From: Candidatus Omnitrophota bacterium
GTDB lineage: Bacteria > Omnitrophota > Gorgyraeia > Zapsychrales > Zapsychraceae
Length of the DNA stretch: 64,000 bases
Direction: 5' to 3'
Assembly (NCBI GenBank): GCA_015233405.1
Contig: JADFXT010000012.1
Span: 2,075 to 66,074 of the forward strand
Both the position numbers and the translations under genes were made by a program. Shown piece by piece: positions 63,638 to 64,000 of the stretch (positions are counted from its first letter, which is position 1; each line of letters starts with the position of its first letter). The notes beneath the pieces were generated by a model. The model worked only from the letters and a program-made list of their open reading frames with translations. It was not told the origin of the DNA and made no database searches.

Positions 63638-64000
63638 TCCTGGCCGCTGATTTATCAGGATGCGCTTAAGAATCGGCCCGTGATTATTCTGGATGCTAAA
63701 GGCGAGCTTTCTTCCATTGACCAGTTAAATGCCATGCTTGGCCAGATTGGCAGGGGAGGAGATTTGTTGCTGTTCTCATTAGTGCATAGAGATCAGTCCT
63801 GCACGTATAATCCTCTTTATGTGGGGGAATGTGATCCTCAAATCGTCATTGATTCGTTTTTCAATAATTTTAAGGATGATAATTCGTTTTATAGGGAAAC
63901 GGCAAAGACGATTTTTACTAATACGTTTTATGTCCTTCATTCGCTTGAAAGACCGTTTACGCCGATGGATGTTTACGCGTATTTAACCAATAACGCCTGC
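63638..64000 (+). pseudogene. Type IV coupling protein (TraD/VirD4/TraG)-like ORF fragment, apparently disrupted upstream and open at the window end
   Basis: Frame-2 translation ..PVIILDAKGELSS...CTYNPLYVG... resembles the D-x-K-G-E and x-NPL blocks of T4CPs. A stop at 63635-63637 and a frame change separate it from a possible decayed Walker-A-like DGAGNLN in another frame. Confidence 0.35.

Larger units (their letters stand above)
60322..64000 (+). mobile_element. Integrative element inserted at tRNA-Ser(GGA), left part only (continues beyond the window)
   Basis: A tyrosine integrase lies directly downstream of the tRNA. It is followed by an AbiEii-like NTase, an XRE protein, small membrane proteins and a coupling-protein-like ORF. 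The right boundary was not seen. Confidence 0.6.

Overview
This window is a bacterial chromosomal segment of about 40-45% GC (estimated by eye, not computed). It has clearly AT-richer patches, is almost fully coding, and carries most genes on the + strand. I could run no database searches, so all calls rest on motifs read from the supplied translations and on repeats or hairpins read from the DNA.

Layout:
- 1-9.1 kb: housekeeping genes. These are lemA plus an M48 peptidase, recG, rsmD-coaD, and the conserved yceD-rpmF-plsX-fabH-fabD array.
- 9.1-15.2 kb: where fabG-acpP-fabF would normally follow fabD, there is a separately promoted cluster. It encodes a FabZ-like dehydratase, a ketosynthase, a 7TM sensor kinase, a CrtI-like flavoenzyme and a second ketosynthase.
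- 15.2-21.2 kb: two more paralogous 7TM-GAF kinases, a CheY-type receiver and a GAF-HD-GYP protein.
- 21.4-21.8 kb: a REP-like element, three 93-bp tandem repeats and tRNA-Arg(CCG).
- 21.8-25.2 kb: a divergent receiver/XRE-cupin pair facing three small or secreted proteins.
- 25.5-28.4 kb: a B12-radical-SAM enzyme, a membrane protein and a methyltransferase.
- 28.4-35.2 kb: a ChrA-like protein, a receiver, serS, tRNA-Ser(UGA), a MORN-repeat protein, a HAMP-GAF-HD-GYP protein and tRNA-Ser(CGA). Both tRNA-Ser genes are flanked by tRNA-derived fragments.
- 35.2-47.1 kb: a co-directional island of a GT4, a YfhO-like GT-C protein, a SPASM radical SAM, a polyprenyl-phosphate-sugar-synthase-like GT2, three divergent B12-radical-SAM enzymes and an ArnT/PMT-like GT-C protein.
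- 47.2-49.0 kb: a beta-carbonic-anhydrase-like gene and a HypC::HydE-like fusion.
- 49.2-60.1 kb: ExbB/ExbD-like proteins, a K+-independent H+-pyrophosphatase, an MBOAT plus SGNH-like pair, a PEBP protein, ptsP (GAF-EI) and a UvrD/PcrA-family helicase.
- 60.2-64.0 kb: tRNA-Ser(GGA) followed by an integrase-led integrative element that runs off the window. It carries an AbiEii-like nucleotidyltransferase, an XRE protein and a decayed coupling-protein-like ORF.

No CRISPR array, rRNA or transposase was seen.

The candidates most worth follow-up are the radical-SAM-rich periplasmic-glycosylation island, the non-canonical acyl-chain cluster after fabD, and the HypC::HydE-like fusion. The gene content reminds me of uncultivated PVC-group or Omnitrophota-like genomes, but that is only a guess.
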